From Camelus dromedarius (lineage: Eukaryota): 64,000 nt of DNA. The position numbers were made by a program, and so were the translations under genes. Each line of letters begins with the position of its first letter. Position 1 is the first letter of the stretch. Under the pieces are notes generated by a model. That model did no database searches. It had not been told where the DNA came from and was given only the letters and a program-made list of their open reading frames with translations. The DNA lies in NCBI RefSeq assembly GCF_036321535.1, contig NC_087436.1:43774001-43838000 (forward strand). Reading direction: 5' to 3'. Shown here one piece after another: positions 50,540 to 63,070 of the stretch.

Positions 50540-52050
50540 TTTTATTTATATATTTTTGAATAGGCAATAACATACACAGGGGTCAATATTCAAGAGGAAC
50601 AAAAGGGAAGAGAGTGAAGTGTCCCTCCCTGCTTGTCCCCTAGTTACCTAGTTTTTCTCCCCAGAGTCAACTGATATTATAGGTTCTTGTATTTCCTTCC
50701 AGAAATAGTTCACTAACATGCAAGTACATACATATAAATGGTCTCCTCTCTTACACAATAGCCCACTATACACATCTTCCTGTACCTTGTCTTTTTCATT
50801 GAATAGCATATCTTAGGGTTCCTTCGACGTTGTCCACACTTTTAAAAAATTGCCTAGGATTTGTCATCACCATAAATTACCCCAACATACCACAGACCAT
50901 AGCCTCTCCCTCACTTCTCCAGCACATACGTTCCAGCTCCATCATGATCCCTCACTTCCCGTCTCCTTACTGTTTTGTTAACCCACCAGTCTCCCTTTAT
51001 TTTTTCCTGACTGTCCAGACACCATCAAGTTTAACTACTCAGCTGCCTCCATGCACTGCCTCTTTGCTGCAGGTTTTTCCAGCTGATAAAATTCTAACCA
51101 TGGATCAGTCCAAACATCCTTTCCCATTTTCTTACACTTGGGCTGCTGGGTGCTCTAGAGAAAATTAGACTAATGTGCAGATGGGTGCCACAACACATTT
51201 ATGATAACTGATCTCACAGGTCCCTCAGGCCCAGAAGTTATGTCCTTAATAAGCCCTGCAAGTCACTGTCTCCAGTCACTCTTCCCACCAGAATGATTTT
51301 TCTAACATGCAAAACTCCCATGAATTCAATCAATCCCTCCTCCACCCAAGGTAACCAATAATCTACTCTGTCACTATAGATCAGTATCATCTGCCCTAAA
51401 ATTTCATGTAAATCAAATCATACAGTGTCTACTATTTTACTCAGCACATTTAGGGTTGTCTCCATGTTATTACATGTATCAGCAGTTCATTCCTTTTAAT
51501 GCTGAGTAATATTCTATCATATGGAGTGTGTTGTTGTTTTAAATCTGTCCACCAGCCCTTCACTTCTGAGATAATTTCATCTTCTCTATTTGCTCTATTC
51601 TCTCTGAAACTCCTACCAGTCAGATGATGGACTCTGGACTGATTCTCTGAATATCTTATCCTTACTGTTCTTTGTATCTTTGATTTGTTTCTACACTCTG
51701 GGGAGATTCCTTTGAATTTATCTCTTTTTTTTTTTCTGACTTTATTATTTTTAGAGCAGTTAGGTTTACAACAAAATTGAGAAGAGGGTAGAGATTTCCC
51801 ATATTCCTCCTGCCCCCACACATGCATAGCCTCCCCACTTAACATCACTCATTGGAATGATACTTCTTTTTTTTAAACCAAGGATGAACCTACATTGACA
51901 CATCACAGTCACCCAAAGTCTACAGTTTACCTTAGGTTCACTCTTGTGTTGTACATCCTAATTCTATGGGTTTGGACAAATGTATAATGACATATACCCA
52001 CCCTTATAGTATCATACATTTTCCCTGCCCTAAAAAATCCTCTGTATATA
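50540..52050. mobile_element. Mosaic of old L1 (antisense) and L2 fragments
   Basis: L1 tails such as tttttagagcagttaggtttacaacaaaattgagaagagggtagagatttccc. Confidence 0.6.
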
Positions 52051-52360
52051 CATCATTTGTTGACAATTAATGACAGCCGAATGACACTGTACTCAGATTT
52101 CTCAATACATGTAAAAGAGCAAAGTGGTGGGCACCATCTACAATATTTGATGTGATACCAAAGGCACCCAAACTTGAAATTGCACAGTGGCAGGCTGTAT
52201 GAAATGCATGTGGTGAAGTCCTTTGGGGGAAAATACAAAAAATCTATCACATCAAATTAATGTTAATTTGGATGGAATTACCTTTATAGTTGTACTATTA
52301 TTTAATTAGTAATTTTTTATTTTCATGGTTGTATATGAGTTCCTCCCTAGCGGTGCTGGA
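52050..52360 (+). mobile_element. Possible piggyBac-type (Looper-like) DNA transposon 3' relic
   Basis: Decayed Cys-containing reading (GCMKC...) and gagttcctccctagcgg terminus; family assignment from weak recall only. Confidence 0.3.
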
Positions 52361-54479
52361 CTTACTCAGGTCTGCTTCCCCTCCACAAGAAGCATTTCCT
52401 ACCTCCTCACTTTTCATCAGGCATCAGACACAAATAAGCCTTTAAGAAAGCACTTCAGAAAGTGCTGCCTTTGGCCACTCACTGCAACCTAAAAATATGA
52501 GGAAAGACTAAACGAAGAAAAAACTGCAGAAGAAATCATTTCTTTAGAAAATAGTTTTGTCAAGAGCACAGCTGTTGATCCGCACAGCCTTGGCACAGCC
52601 AACAACTCTGTCCCGTCCAATTAATATTAATCAGTAAAGACAAGGGAAAGGAAAAAGTGATGGTCCTCATTCCTGTGAATGCCACGCTGACCTAAATTTT
52701 GACTTGTCTCTACAATGATTAAATTCATTCTGTGTTCTACAGATACAGATTATTTCTTCTTAAATATTGAATCAGAATTTCCAGTTGCTAGCAGACTTAA
52801 ATCACCACCCAGGTATTCTTTCTTGCCCAAGTGCTTGGAATCAAGGAATGTATTACTGACTTCTTATTTTTGTGTTTGCATATGTTTTTGTTCATTATTA
52901 TTTAAAAACTCTTTGTGACTTATTTTATTTCATCCCTATTTTGTGAGGAAAAGAAAAATACTTTGAGCTTTTAGGATAAGAGGAAAGGAATAGGTTGCTA
53001 TTTTAATAAGCTGCTACTTTGTAATTAGCTTATTTTGAACAAATGAATTGTTTCCAAGCTTTAGCATGGGAAAGAGTAGGCGCTGTTGATGCCAGTTTCA
53101 TGAGACTGGGAGCCAAAGGAAGATTCAGAGAAGAACCTAAAATACCATGTGAGTCTTTGGGAGTGACCAGCAGTTTATCCTGAAGAACAATGCACTTAGC
53201 TCCAAAACAATGTCCTTAAACCTGCAATGACTCGTTTCCTGAGAAATAGTGTCTCAAATCCAATGTAACTCAAATAATTTGTAGCTTAAGAATGGAGATC
53301 ACCAGATTCATGCAAATAATAAAAGTGTATTTTCTTCCAATTTTTAGGGACACATTAGAGGCTCCATAGCTGGGAAATTTTTAAAAAGGAAGGGAAAAGC
53401 TATGTTCTATTTAGGGCATTAACAGGAGTTCAAGTTTGGGTTAATGTTGACAAAGTTTTAGTTTTTATTTCTAGCCTGCTTTATTTTTTTCGGAATTTAT
53501 TAGTAGCCAATTTCCATGAAAATATTTCTTGATTTTCCTGCACAAAATGCATTGCAAGATTATACTTTCTTTTCCTTCAAGAGAAAATGAACTCTCAAAT
53601 CCTCAAAAATAAAAACCCTGGAAGAAAAAGAGAATTTGCTGAGAAGAATGCCATTATCCTCTTGCAAACCCTTCCCTTTCTCTTATTCTCAGTCCTGCTG
53701 TCTCAGGCACAGCCAATAATACATCATAGTATTAGTGTGGTGATTGGTGCTATAAAAATGCAGAGTTAAACAGAAACCCACAGTGGCCTCCTTCAGGGTA
53801 AAGATGGCTTCTTTCAACAGAGAAAGCCAAAATCCAAAAAGCATAGGAAAGCAAGACTCAGAATTAAACATTTTCTGGATCCTCATTATTTTTAAAATAG
53901 AAGCTTTAGATGTCATCTTGTCAAGCACAGAATAACAGAGGAGGAAAGTTTTTAATCACTACTGAGGACTGGTCAAGAAACACATTTAAGAAAGATTAGA
54001 CCCAAATAATTTCCTGTTAGCAAATAGTACTAAATAAAGGAATATATTACTTTCAGATAGTGGTAAAAAAAAAAAATCTTTCTTTAGAAACCTATCAAGT
54101 TCCTGGGATGTGATCACATCTCTCTCAGAAAATAAGATGTGATTTACCCAGAATAGAGAAAATAAGAGCATTGAGGACCTTTCCTTTCTCTGTCCAACCC
54201 CAGGATTTTTGATTTAACAAAAAGTAAAATCTAAAAGTTAGCCTTGAATGTTTCTGTCCTATACAAATAATATTTCCAATACAGAACAAGTTTTAAATGT
54301 TTGTTTTTAAGATCCAGTATCCCATGTCAACCCAAATGGTCCAGCTTCTGGGGCTTTAATTTCCACTGTGGGTGAGTACCATGATAGAACTCAACCCACT
54401 GCAGCCACCTCTGATCAGAAATTTACTTCCAGTCTTTAATGAAGACTACAAAAGACACAGGCACTTTCCAGAAGGCCAG

Positions 54480-54510
<31 letters not shown>

Positions 54511-55249
54511 TAACAATTTCTGATGATAAATGTTGTAAAATTTACTTGGAAACACAAAGAAAATATAAATTCCCACTACCCAATAACAGAAAGATAAGCA
54601 CTGTATTTTTCTCTCCAGAATGTATGTGTTTCTACTTCCCTCCAATCATTCAAAGACACATACCGTCCACAAACTGGGGTCATACTAAGCATTATATCAT
54701 GATTTTTAAAAAATCCATCAAAATATGATTTTAAGCCTACACTGTTGGTGTCGCAGCGGAACTTTTGTCAGTCTCTACTGTTGGTAAACGTGGACAGCCT
54801 GACTCACAGCTAAAGCCCTGAAGTGGTAAGTCCTTAAGTTCCCTTTGACACTCGGGAAAACACAATTTGCCGGACAGAGTTAAGAACAAGCAAATTTTGG
54901 CAGGAAAGAGATGAAGCGGAGCGGAAATAGGAATTTGGGCGTCTGGATCCAGGGGATGAGGCCTCAGGCGACTGACACTTTGTGCCCCACAGACCCTTCC
55001 CCCAACATTTTAGACACATGACGTCTAGCTAAAATGAGCATCAAATACCAACTCGGAATAGAATTTTTTAAAAATACCAGGGGAGCGACAAGCAGTCTAG
55101 AGAATGAATCTGGGAAGTGGCTCTGGGTGTTGAGGAGAAACGCTTACCTGCACACATTATATAACACAGGTCTAGTGTGGCCCCGACAAGCGCACAGGAG
55201 CATCTTTAACAGCCTGGAGTCCAAGTCTTTACCCCAACCTACTGAGTCT

Positions 55250-56600
55250 TGGCGTCACTTCTAGTTGCTGAATAGCTAAACCCTCAAAACAAAAGTCTCG
55301 GGGTCTATGCCCGCTTGTTCTCGGACTTGGCAGGCACAGAACTACCGGGGGAGGCGTCTTAACGGCTTGTTTATTTCGGCAGGAGGCGCCCACCACTGAC
55401 GCTTTTGAGTCAGGTTAGCAGCAGCCGAGCTGCAAGTGAAGGTCCCAGAGGGCGTCTCAGGAAGAACTGCGGAGCCACGCGCAGTCCAAGGGTGTCGGCG
55501 GCTGGCGGGTCCCGCAGGGGCCTTGTCCGCCGACCGGGGCCCCGCCAGAGGGCGCCAGGACCTCGCCGCCGCCCAGCATGCCGCAGCCGCGGTGCGACAT
55601 GAAAACGCTCAGGTGCGACAGGAAGGGAGCGTGACCCCAGGGCCGCGGCGGGCGGTAGGGGGCGCCTCCTCCAAACCCATCCGCGCTCCAGCTCCCTTGG
55701 CTATCGCCTGCCCGCGTAAGATCTTGTTTTGTGTTTTGTTTTAAAAGCCTTCTCCGCCCCCGTACTGCTTGAAGGCGTAAATGAGAGAGGGTGGGAGGGG
55801 TGAGAGGGGGAAATGGAGAAAAGAGGCGCTAGAGGACTGAATGCCTTCTTTAAATTACTGCTGACACCTCGGTTCCAGGCCCCTAAAATCTCAATCAACA
55901 ATCCATTAGAACTCAACAGGAGTAAAACGAAATCCTCGTTTAAGTGTATTTATCCGATCTCCTTTCTCTCTTTCAAATGCTAAATCCATTTCAGCATATG
56001 CCCCCTTCTTTCTCTCGCCTTTCTCTCAAGACTGGCAGCCCATACCACTCTTGTAAATATGAAAGATGCTAATCATATGACATATCACGTCTCCGTCGGA
56101 GCCGGAATAAAGCCTTCAGATTTGGGATCATTGCCTCCAGACAACAGCTTCATCAGCCGGAAAGTTGGTTTTTTTCTCCTTTCCTTCAACTCTCAATCCC
56201 TTCTTTGTCTGGAGTAAAATGCAGCCGACTCGAGCCACCCAGGCCATATGGTTCACTCTGTATTTTCTTAGTTGAATTCTGAATTGTTTCTGTGACTTGC
56301 GAAGTTTTTTTGGAAGTGCGTATAAAGACATAGAAGAGCTACTTGTGCAGGGAGCGCTGCCCTGCGCGCCGCGGCCGCCCCCTCCCGGCCTGGAGCCCCG
56401 GCCGCGGCGGTCGCCGCTGGGGGAGTGTTTGTTACATGGGCGCTGCGTTATCGCGCTGTTGGCACTAAGGCCCGGCAGGCGCAGCTGCTGGGCTCGCTCT
56501 CCGTGCTGTGCGCGCTCTGCCTCGCACACTGGAAGCACTCGAGAAATATATGGGGGAATGAAATAATGAATAAATCAGCCACTAGAGACCACCCCGAGTG
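55250..56600. promoter_or_regulatory. Upstream NEUROG2 enhancer region (probable E1 homolog): two CpG islands flanking an AT-richer repeat-free block
   Basis: CpG-dense 55300-55750 and 56340-56540; about 7 kb upstream of the TSS; Pax6-like site 55765-55784; Fox-like tgttttgtttt and tgtattta motifs. Confidence 0.6.
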
Positions 56601-57299
56601 GTTTGTGTCCTAAAGTATCGTTTTAGATCCGTGAAAATAAAACATAGCCGTGCCCTCTCCTGACACTGCGTTGCATTACACCGTCTACATTACACACGGT
56701 TTTCTGACATGCAACAGTTTCTTTGCTCGTTTGAATGTAAGCTCCATGGGGGTAGGAATGGTGTCTGTCTTATGTGTGGCACTGTTCCCAGGGGTTGGTC
56801 CGCTGCTTGGCATACACTGAGTGCCCATTAAGTATATTCTGAATGTAGAAAGGAAGGATAATTGGATGAATATGCTTTACCGTAGAAAAATATCTTATTT
56901 CCCTAAGATACAGGTTAAAAAACTTTCTCTGCTGAAGATTTTAACTTATTTTCCCCAACAAACCACACAATTAATTTCCAGAAGAGAATTCAGTGGGGTT
57001 TTTGGGGGGGGGGGTGGATATGTTTTTCCTGAGTGGGAAGAGGAGAAGGAAAATCAGCTTTCAGATCTTTATCCATTGCTTTGAATGAGTTTTGTGTGTT
57101 CCAGGTTCGGGACTGTCCGTGCGAGGGAGCAGGCTGCCAAATTTCCTTTCTCTCTGCCTAACTCCTTACACAAACCCCAAAGGGTCCTTTCACCAAATCA
57201 TTAAATTCTACAGAGGTGGTCAAGCTCACACTGCTTTTCATGAAAAGGAGAAAGAAAAGGGTCCTTGAAGTTTAGAAGATGCCCAAGGAAAACTCCTTG

Positions 57300-59250
57300 A
57301 ATGACATCAAAAGAATGAGTTTCCATAGCTGTTGAAGCACGAGGGCCGTGTATCGGCACAAAGGGGGACGGGGCACCGGGACGGGCCCACCGCTCTGTCC
57401 CAGGACAATTGGGTCACTGAAATAGGGAATTAATTACCATTGGAGAGTGGGCAGCCCATTCACCACTGGCTGAGTTTTATTAAACGCCAATATAAATAAC
57501 AAAACAACTCTTGTGGCTGCACTATTCCTACACGCCAAAGGAAGGATTATGCTGGGGATTAACATCTTAAAGTCTATGAGACTTTCTGACTCAAGGCTCG
57601 GAGCTAGTAATCGTGTTTGTCTCCTGGTTCAGCGATTAGTGCTCTCTTTCTTGCACTTTCCCCTGGATAGCCAATGTCCCTTTTTGCAGGCACAGGGGGG
57701 TGGGGGTGGGGCTCATCTCCCCAGTGGGCCCCTAGCCCCCCATTCACGCTCCGGCTGTTCTTTTCCTCTTACCTGCGGAAAACAATCAGAAAGCTGGCGG
57801 AGATTGGCAACGTTTCCTACAGTGATTTCTCTCCTTCGTGGGAAAGAAAAGGGGCGCCTGGGCAGCGGGTCGCATAAGGAGTGAAGAGAAGCCTGAGGGG
57901 CACTGCCTTTCCAGAGGGGAGAGGAGCCTTCCAGCACCTGCCAGGCGGATTTCACCGCCGTCAAGACGACCTTGGGCGTCAAACTCGATCTCCTGAATGT
58001 TTGGGCTTCGGGCACCTAAGCACACTTTGTAACCTGAGGACAACGGTCTCGGGAATGGGAGTGGGGGGTGTACGATCTTCTCTGCCTCGCATCTTCTCTG
58101 GTTGATTCCCCTGCTGCTCCTCAAATATGGAAGGGGGAGGAGCTGGCGCGGCTGAGCGACCCAGTGCGGACCCCTGCGAGGACTAGATTAACAAATCCTC
58201 CCGGGGTAGGATCCGAGGGGGAAACGAGAGCGAAACTGAGAATTCCGTGCAGGGGTCCAGTACGAAAGTGAGGCATGAGTTTACACTGTTATCGCTCTTG
58301 GCTTCCTTGGCTCCCCAGAAAGGGACCGCCAAAAATTCCGAGCTCACACTGGCTCCCAGTGCTCACCATCACCAGTAATGAACTCCGACCTGGTGAGACC
58401 TCTGCGGGGAAAGATAATGGATCTCACCCCGGCCTCCCCGGCTCTGGAAACTGCGTTCTCAGCCCCTAGTGAAGAACTAAAACTGGCTAACTTATTCTCT
58501 CCATCTTTCAGCCTTTCTGAGAGCTCACCCCGAGGATTAGGATTTAGGCTACAAAGCCATCCTTGGCAGACACGTCATCCTGTCCTTTTAGCGGAACACA
58601 GATCCTCCTTCCCCTTGAGGGCAGGGTGGTTTACAGTGAACCGCGAGACAGGCTTGCTGGGCAGGCAAACTTTTGCTCTTGTTCTCTCTGGGAAAATCTC
58701 CCTTCTTCACGCGCCCCCCCACCCGCACACATTTCACCTGCAACAGCAAGTCTGGTGCGGGGGCCATTTGCCCTCTTTGGCCAACTTGTGAGGTCGAAGT
58801 GTGGATGGGGTGTAGTCTATGGCCCCACAGCAACACCTACCCTAAACTTTAGGGCTTTTGGGTCGTCTCAAAGTTCAATCTTCTTAGAAACAACAAAGAC
58901 TTTCTAAAGATCTCCACCCCTTCCCCCCCCCCCCTTACTTCACTTTTCTTTCCCTACACACACTCGGCCCCCTTTCTTTCTAAGGCTTGGGGATGAGTTT
59001 AAATCACTGTGCTCCCATTTCTTGATAACTGCCTGCTTTGAGCTTTTGTTCTCTTAAAGTAGGATTGCACACTGAAAGAGGGGCTGAAGATGAACAGTTT
59101 GACCCTTTAGGACAGTTCACGCAATGGACAGGAGCGGCCCTCGGTCACCAAACTCACTGACGCTATTCACGCGCTCCCCTCCCCCTTCGCATAACATTTC
59201 AGCCTCGTTTCATCTGGACAATCTTTGAGACCACACAAGTGCCTCTTGAA
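57300..59250. promoter_or_regulatory. CpG-enriched candidate NEUROG2 upstream enhancer block
   Basis: Repeat-free and CpG-enriched; TAATTA sites near 57430, four TTCACGC cores, RBPJ-type CGTGGGAA at 57837. Confidence 0.45.
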
Positions 59251-62200
59251 TTTAAGTTCAAAGAGTGCTAGAAGAGTCCAGCTAAGGATATTTGGCGTTG
59301 GTCACGTCTTTGCAAATCTGAGTACCAATCGAAATTGCTTTCTGTCAGCAACACTGGGCAAAATGCTGAACAAACAGAATTTTGCAACTGAGTGTGAATG
59401 GCTGGCTTCTGGATTGTACTAGTGTGTTAGCTTGTTCTCTCCATAGTGGGAAATATTTCCAGAAATATTACCGAGTGATGCTTCTTTCAAGGCTACAATG
59501 CAAACAATCAAAATCCTTAGAATTCCAAGATAACATAGAAGGTGACTTTTTTTAATGCCTGCACTTTGCACAGTAATCTCACACCACTGCATACACCCAA
59601 AGCCCTTATTTAAAAAATAAAATTATATAAACTCCATGATATCTTCATATTTACATAGATTAGAAACTGATTTAAGTCAAGCTTAAGTTTCTTGGCATAC
59701 TTTTTCCTTTTGAAGGAAATTTCCAGTCTCAAAAATGTGTAATTTACCCTAATAATATTTTACTGCTACTAAATATCTGCACAGGATAAACTTAAATATG
59801 TGTTGTTAACTTCTTACAGAGTATAGAAAGTTTGGATTTTGACAAAGGAAAGCCATGTACCCTTTCAGTGCATCATAAAAACATAAAATCTTGGAAGAAC
59901 ATAAAAACTGGGGAGACAGATGCCCAAATACTGTTAACAATCAACTAAAGAAATCCATTGTGTGTTTCACTAGCACTAAACATTAGACCCAGCTTGATCT
60001 TGGTGTTTGCGGTCAAACAAAGCTCATCAGGTTTTCCTTTAAGCCTCCACTTAACTGGATTCCAATTCTGTTCTTCCCTCTGATATAGTTTATCATCAAA
60101 TCAACCTAGCACTTCCTAGCCAAACCAAAAATTTAAAACAACCTGTCCTAAGAAGTATGTTTCTGCTGATACTAAAATAAGCCTTCCTTTGTTTCTATTA
60201 CATCAGCTTATAGGCTTGTCTTTCTTTGCAGGCAACTCCTGCAATGAGATGTAGATATTTGAAAGCTGACACTCTATAGTATCTCCCATCCAGTGTTTAT
60301 TTTTAACAGTCTTCCATCATTTCCTCAGAACCTAGCTTTCTCATCTTCCATTTCTTTCAAAATTAACACAAAAATCCCACATTCACTCCCACATGTTTCT
60401 TCCATCTTTACCCTGGCTTGCCAAGACCTTAGAGGTTTTTCTTTTGGGAAAATCCTGTAAAGAGTACTTGTTTGGTATCAGTGATCATCACCTATAAAAT
60501 GCTAATGTGTGATCATCACTTATATAATGCTAACATGTGCATGCAAGCAAGGTAAGCACTTCTGGTGTCTTTCACTACCAGCACATCTTTTGCTTGATCA
60601 AACTCTTTTATGAAGTTCTTATCCTGCAAGTTCATGATAAAGAGACAGAGACCCAAAAACGTGTGAGAGACGCAGATGCTGTATTCTGGAAATACTCAAC
60701 GTTTCTCTTCATTTACAAAAAAAAAAAGGTGCACTTCTGACCAATGAAATTAAGCTGTTCTGAAAGGACTGAGGAGGGAACTGGATAAATAACACTTTTA
60801 AACGTAGTGAATTTGTTTTTAAAAGGGGAGAAGATGCAAAGCATAAATATCAGTCAGCAAGGTGAAAATCCTGACAATGTTCAAATAAATTCAAGACAGA
60901 AGGAAGTCTGGAGGTTGGACAGCTGCAGCACATAACAGTCTCTTTCACAGGATTCTAATTTTCATTTTCTTTACTTTGTGCCTTCTAAGCCTGCTCATTA
61001 CCTCCCTGCAGAAAACATTAAACAAATTAAAACCATGCCAAAACACTTTCATCACCCCTTTCTCTGCAATACAACCTGTTTCCAATTCCTACAATCCGAA
61101 TGAGTCAGAGACCACCGACAATATTCTTTTTCTCTTGCCACTTTTCAATTCCTAACATTCCAACTGTGCCTTGCTTAAACTTAATTTGCAAAAGGGACTC
61201 CTCTTCAATCTACTGGATTCCAGATCCATCCTCGCTACTCGTGCACCGTACACCGTCTAACACTCAGCCCAGCACACACTTCTGGGGGCTGATTGTCTCT
61301 AAGAAGTCAGCGACAAGAGGGTGGGCGTGAGCGGGGAGGGGGAGGGGGAAGAGGGAGGGAGGCTGTCTAGCAATTCAGAACAAGTTCCCTGCGAGGTCCA
61401 GTAGCCCTTCAGCTCTTTTTTCCTATTGAAAAGCCTGGAGAATCGGGAGGACGGGCCCCATGTCCCTACAACGCCCCCCAGCGCGGAGCAGAGGTCATGG
61501 AAATGTCAGGGCAGCCCATTTGCTCCAGGGAGCTGTAAGTCCGCCGCTCCGCCTGCTCCGCTCGCTGCCACCCACGCAGGAAGCCTCCTTGCGGTTCTGC
61601 CCAGCCATATACTGGGGTTAACCAACCAACCAACCAAATCCGAACCAAAAACCTGTATCAGTGTCCGGTGCCTCAGTTTGCCACAGGTAAACTGAGAGGT
61701 CCACTTCAGCTCTAACATGTGAGGGCTTTTATTATCACAGCCTCTTAAAGCCCATCAGCTGCTCCCTCACTCGATCTCCCCTGGCTGGAGACGCCTCTAT
61801 GAATCCTCCAGCGTCCTCTCTCTTCCCCCTCCCAAGGCAGCCTCTCTGGAACCTAAACACCATGTGCCCACAGTTCGCCACCCGCACCCCATTTCTCTTT
61901 TAACCAAATGAATAAGTTTAAAATCGTTTTAAAATCGTTTACTATTTGATACAGCTCTTAAGAAGCTTTGCCAAGAGGCATCCAGCAGCACCAGAGGACT
62001 AACTGCTTTCCCCGGGATTCTGACCCCCATTAACTAATTCCTCGGATCCCAACGTCCGGGAGCTAGGAAGCCGGGCAGCGCCGGGTGCTGTGCGTGCGCG
62101 AGCGCTGGGCGGGGGGGGGGGGGGGTGCAGCCGCGAGGATCCAGGCGGGGGCGGTCACCCTGGTCTCCCCACCGGCCCCCCAGCGCCCCGGCCCCTAATG

Positions 62201-62749
62201 AGCTGCTGAAAGGGAGCGGCTCCGGTGCGCGTGGCTCGCAGGCCTCCTGGAGTCCGGGGCGCCCTGATTGGCCAGCTGCGCCTCGCGACCTCCATTCATT
62301 AATAAATTAGCGGCACGCTCCAGCCGAGCGCGAGCCACCAATCACAATGGGCAGCGGCGGCGACAACAGCCGCAGCTTGAGCCGATGCCGCCGCCACGGC
62401 TTCAGCAGTCCGACCGCAGCCTCGAGCTCCAACAGGAGCTTTAGAACCATTTTATGCTGATTAGATAAAGGGGGAAAAGGAAGGAGGGGGTGATGGGAGG
62501 AGGAGGAGGATGGATGGCAGGGCCAGGGGAGGGGGGAAGTGGGTGAAGCAAGAGAAAGAAATGAATGATGATAATGCAATGAAAAGAGTAAGCCAGGGAG
62601 GGAGAAGCGGGGGAGAAGAGGGGGGCGGCACAGGAGGGGAGGAGGAGGCGGCGGCGGCCGGGGGTAGGGGGAGGTGGGGGCCCTGGGGGCAGATCTGATT
62701 GTTTTCTTGGTGGTATATAAGGGGTTTTAAGGAGAGTCGTGTGCCAGAC

Positions 62750-63070
62750 ACGCAGCCACTGAACCACAAGCAGCTTCGCTTTAACTGGAGTGCCTGGGAG
62801 TCGCGTGCCAGGAGCCGCACGGCCGGGGACTGACTGACAGACAGACACGCACCACCACCACAACACACGAGACCCGGGCAGGTCGCCGCGGCCGCCGGGG
62901 CTCTTGGCAAACTCGCCCGTCGGAGCGGTCCCCTGCGGAGCCGCGCTGCAGTAGCGCCAGACCCGCTGCTTCCAAGCGGGCAGAAGGAGCAGCGCTGCGC
63001 TCCCGGCTGCGTGGAGAATCACGGCACACGCTAAAGTAAGAGCGACGCCGAGGCACACAAAGCGAACTAA
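62750..63070 (+). other. NEUROG2: NEUROG2 non-coding exon 1 (5' UTR, no ATG); start approximate
   Basis: cgcagccactgaaccacaagcagc start; TAA|gtaagt donor at 63070; intron ends ctcttctccag at 63405. Confidence 0.85.

Noticed and set aside
55405..58907. Multiple 60-137-aa ORFs in the upstream CpG islands
   Set aside because: No consistent splice structure, codon pattern or domain; explained by GC content
61917..61940. tttaaaatcgt tandem duplication
   Set aside because: Short slippage duplication with no further structure
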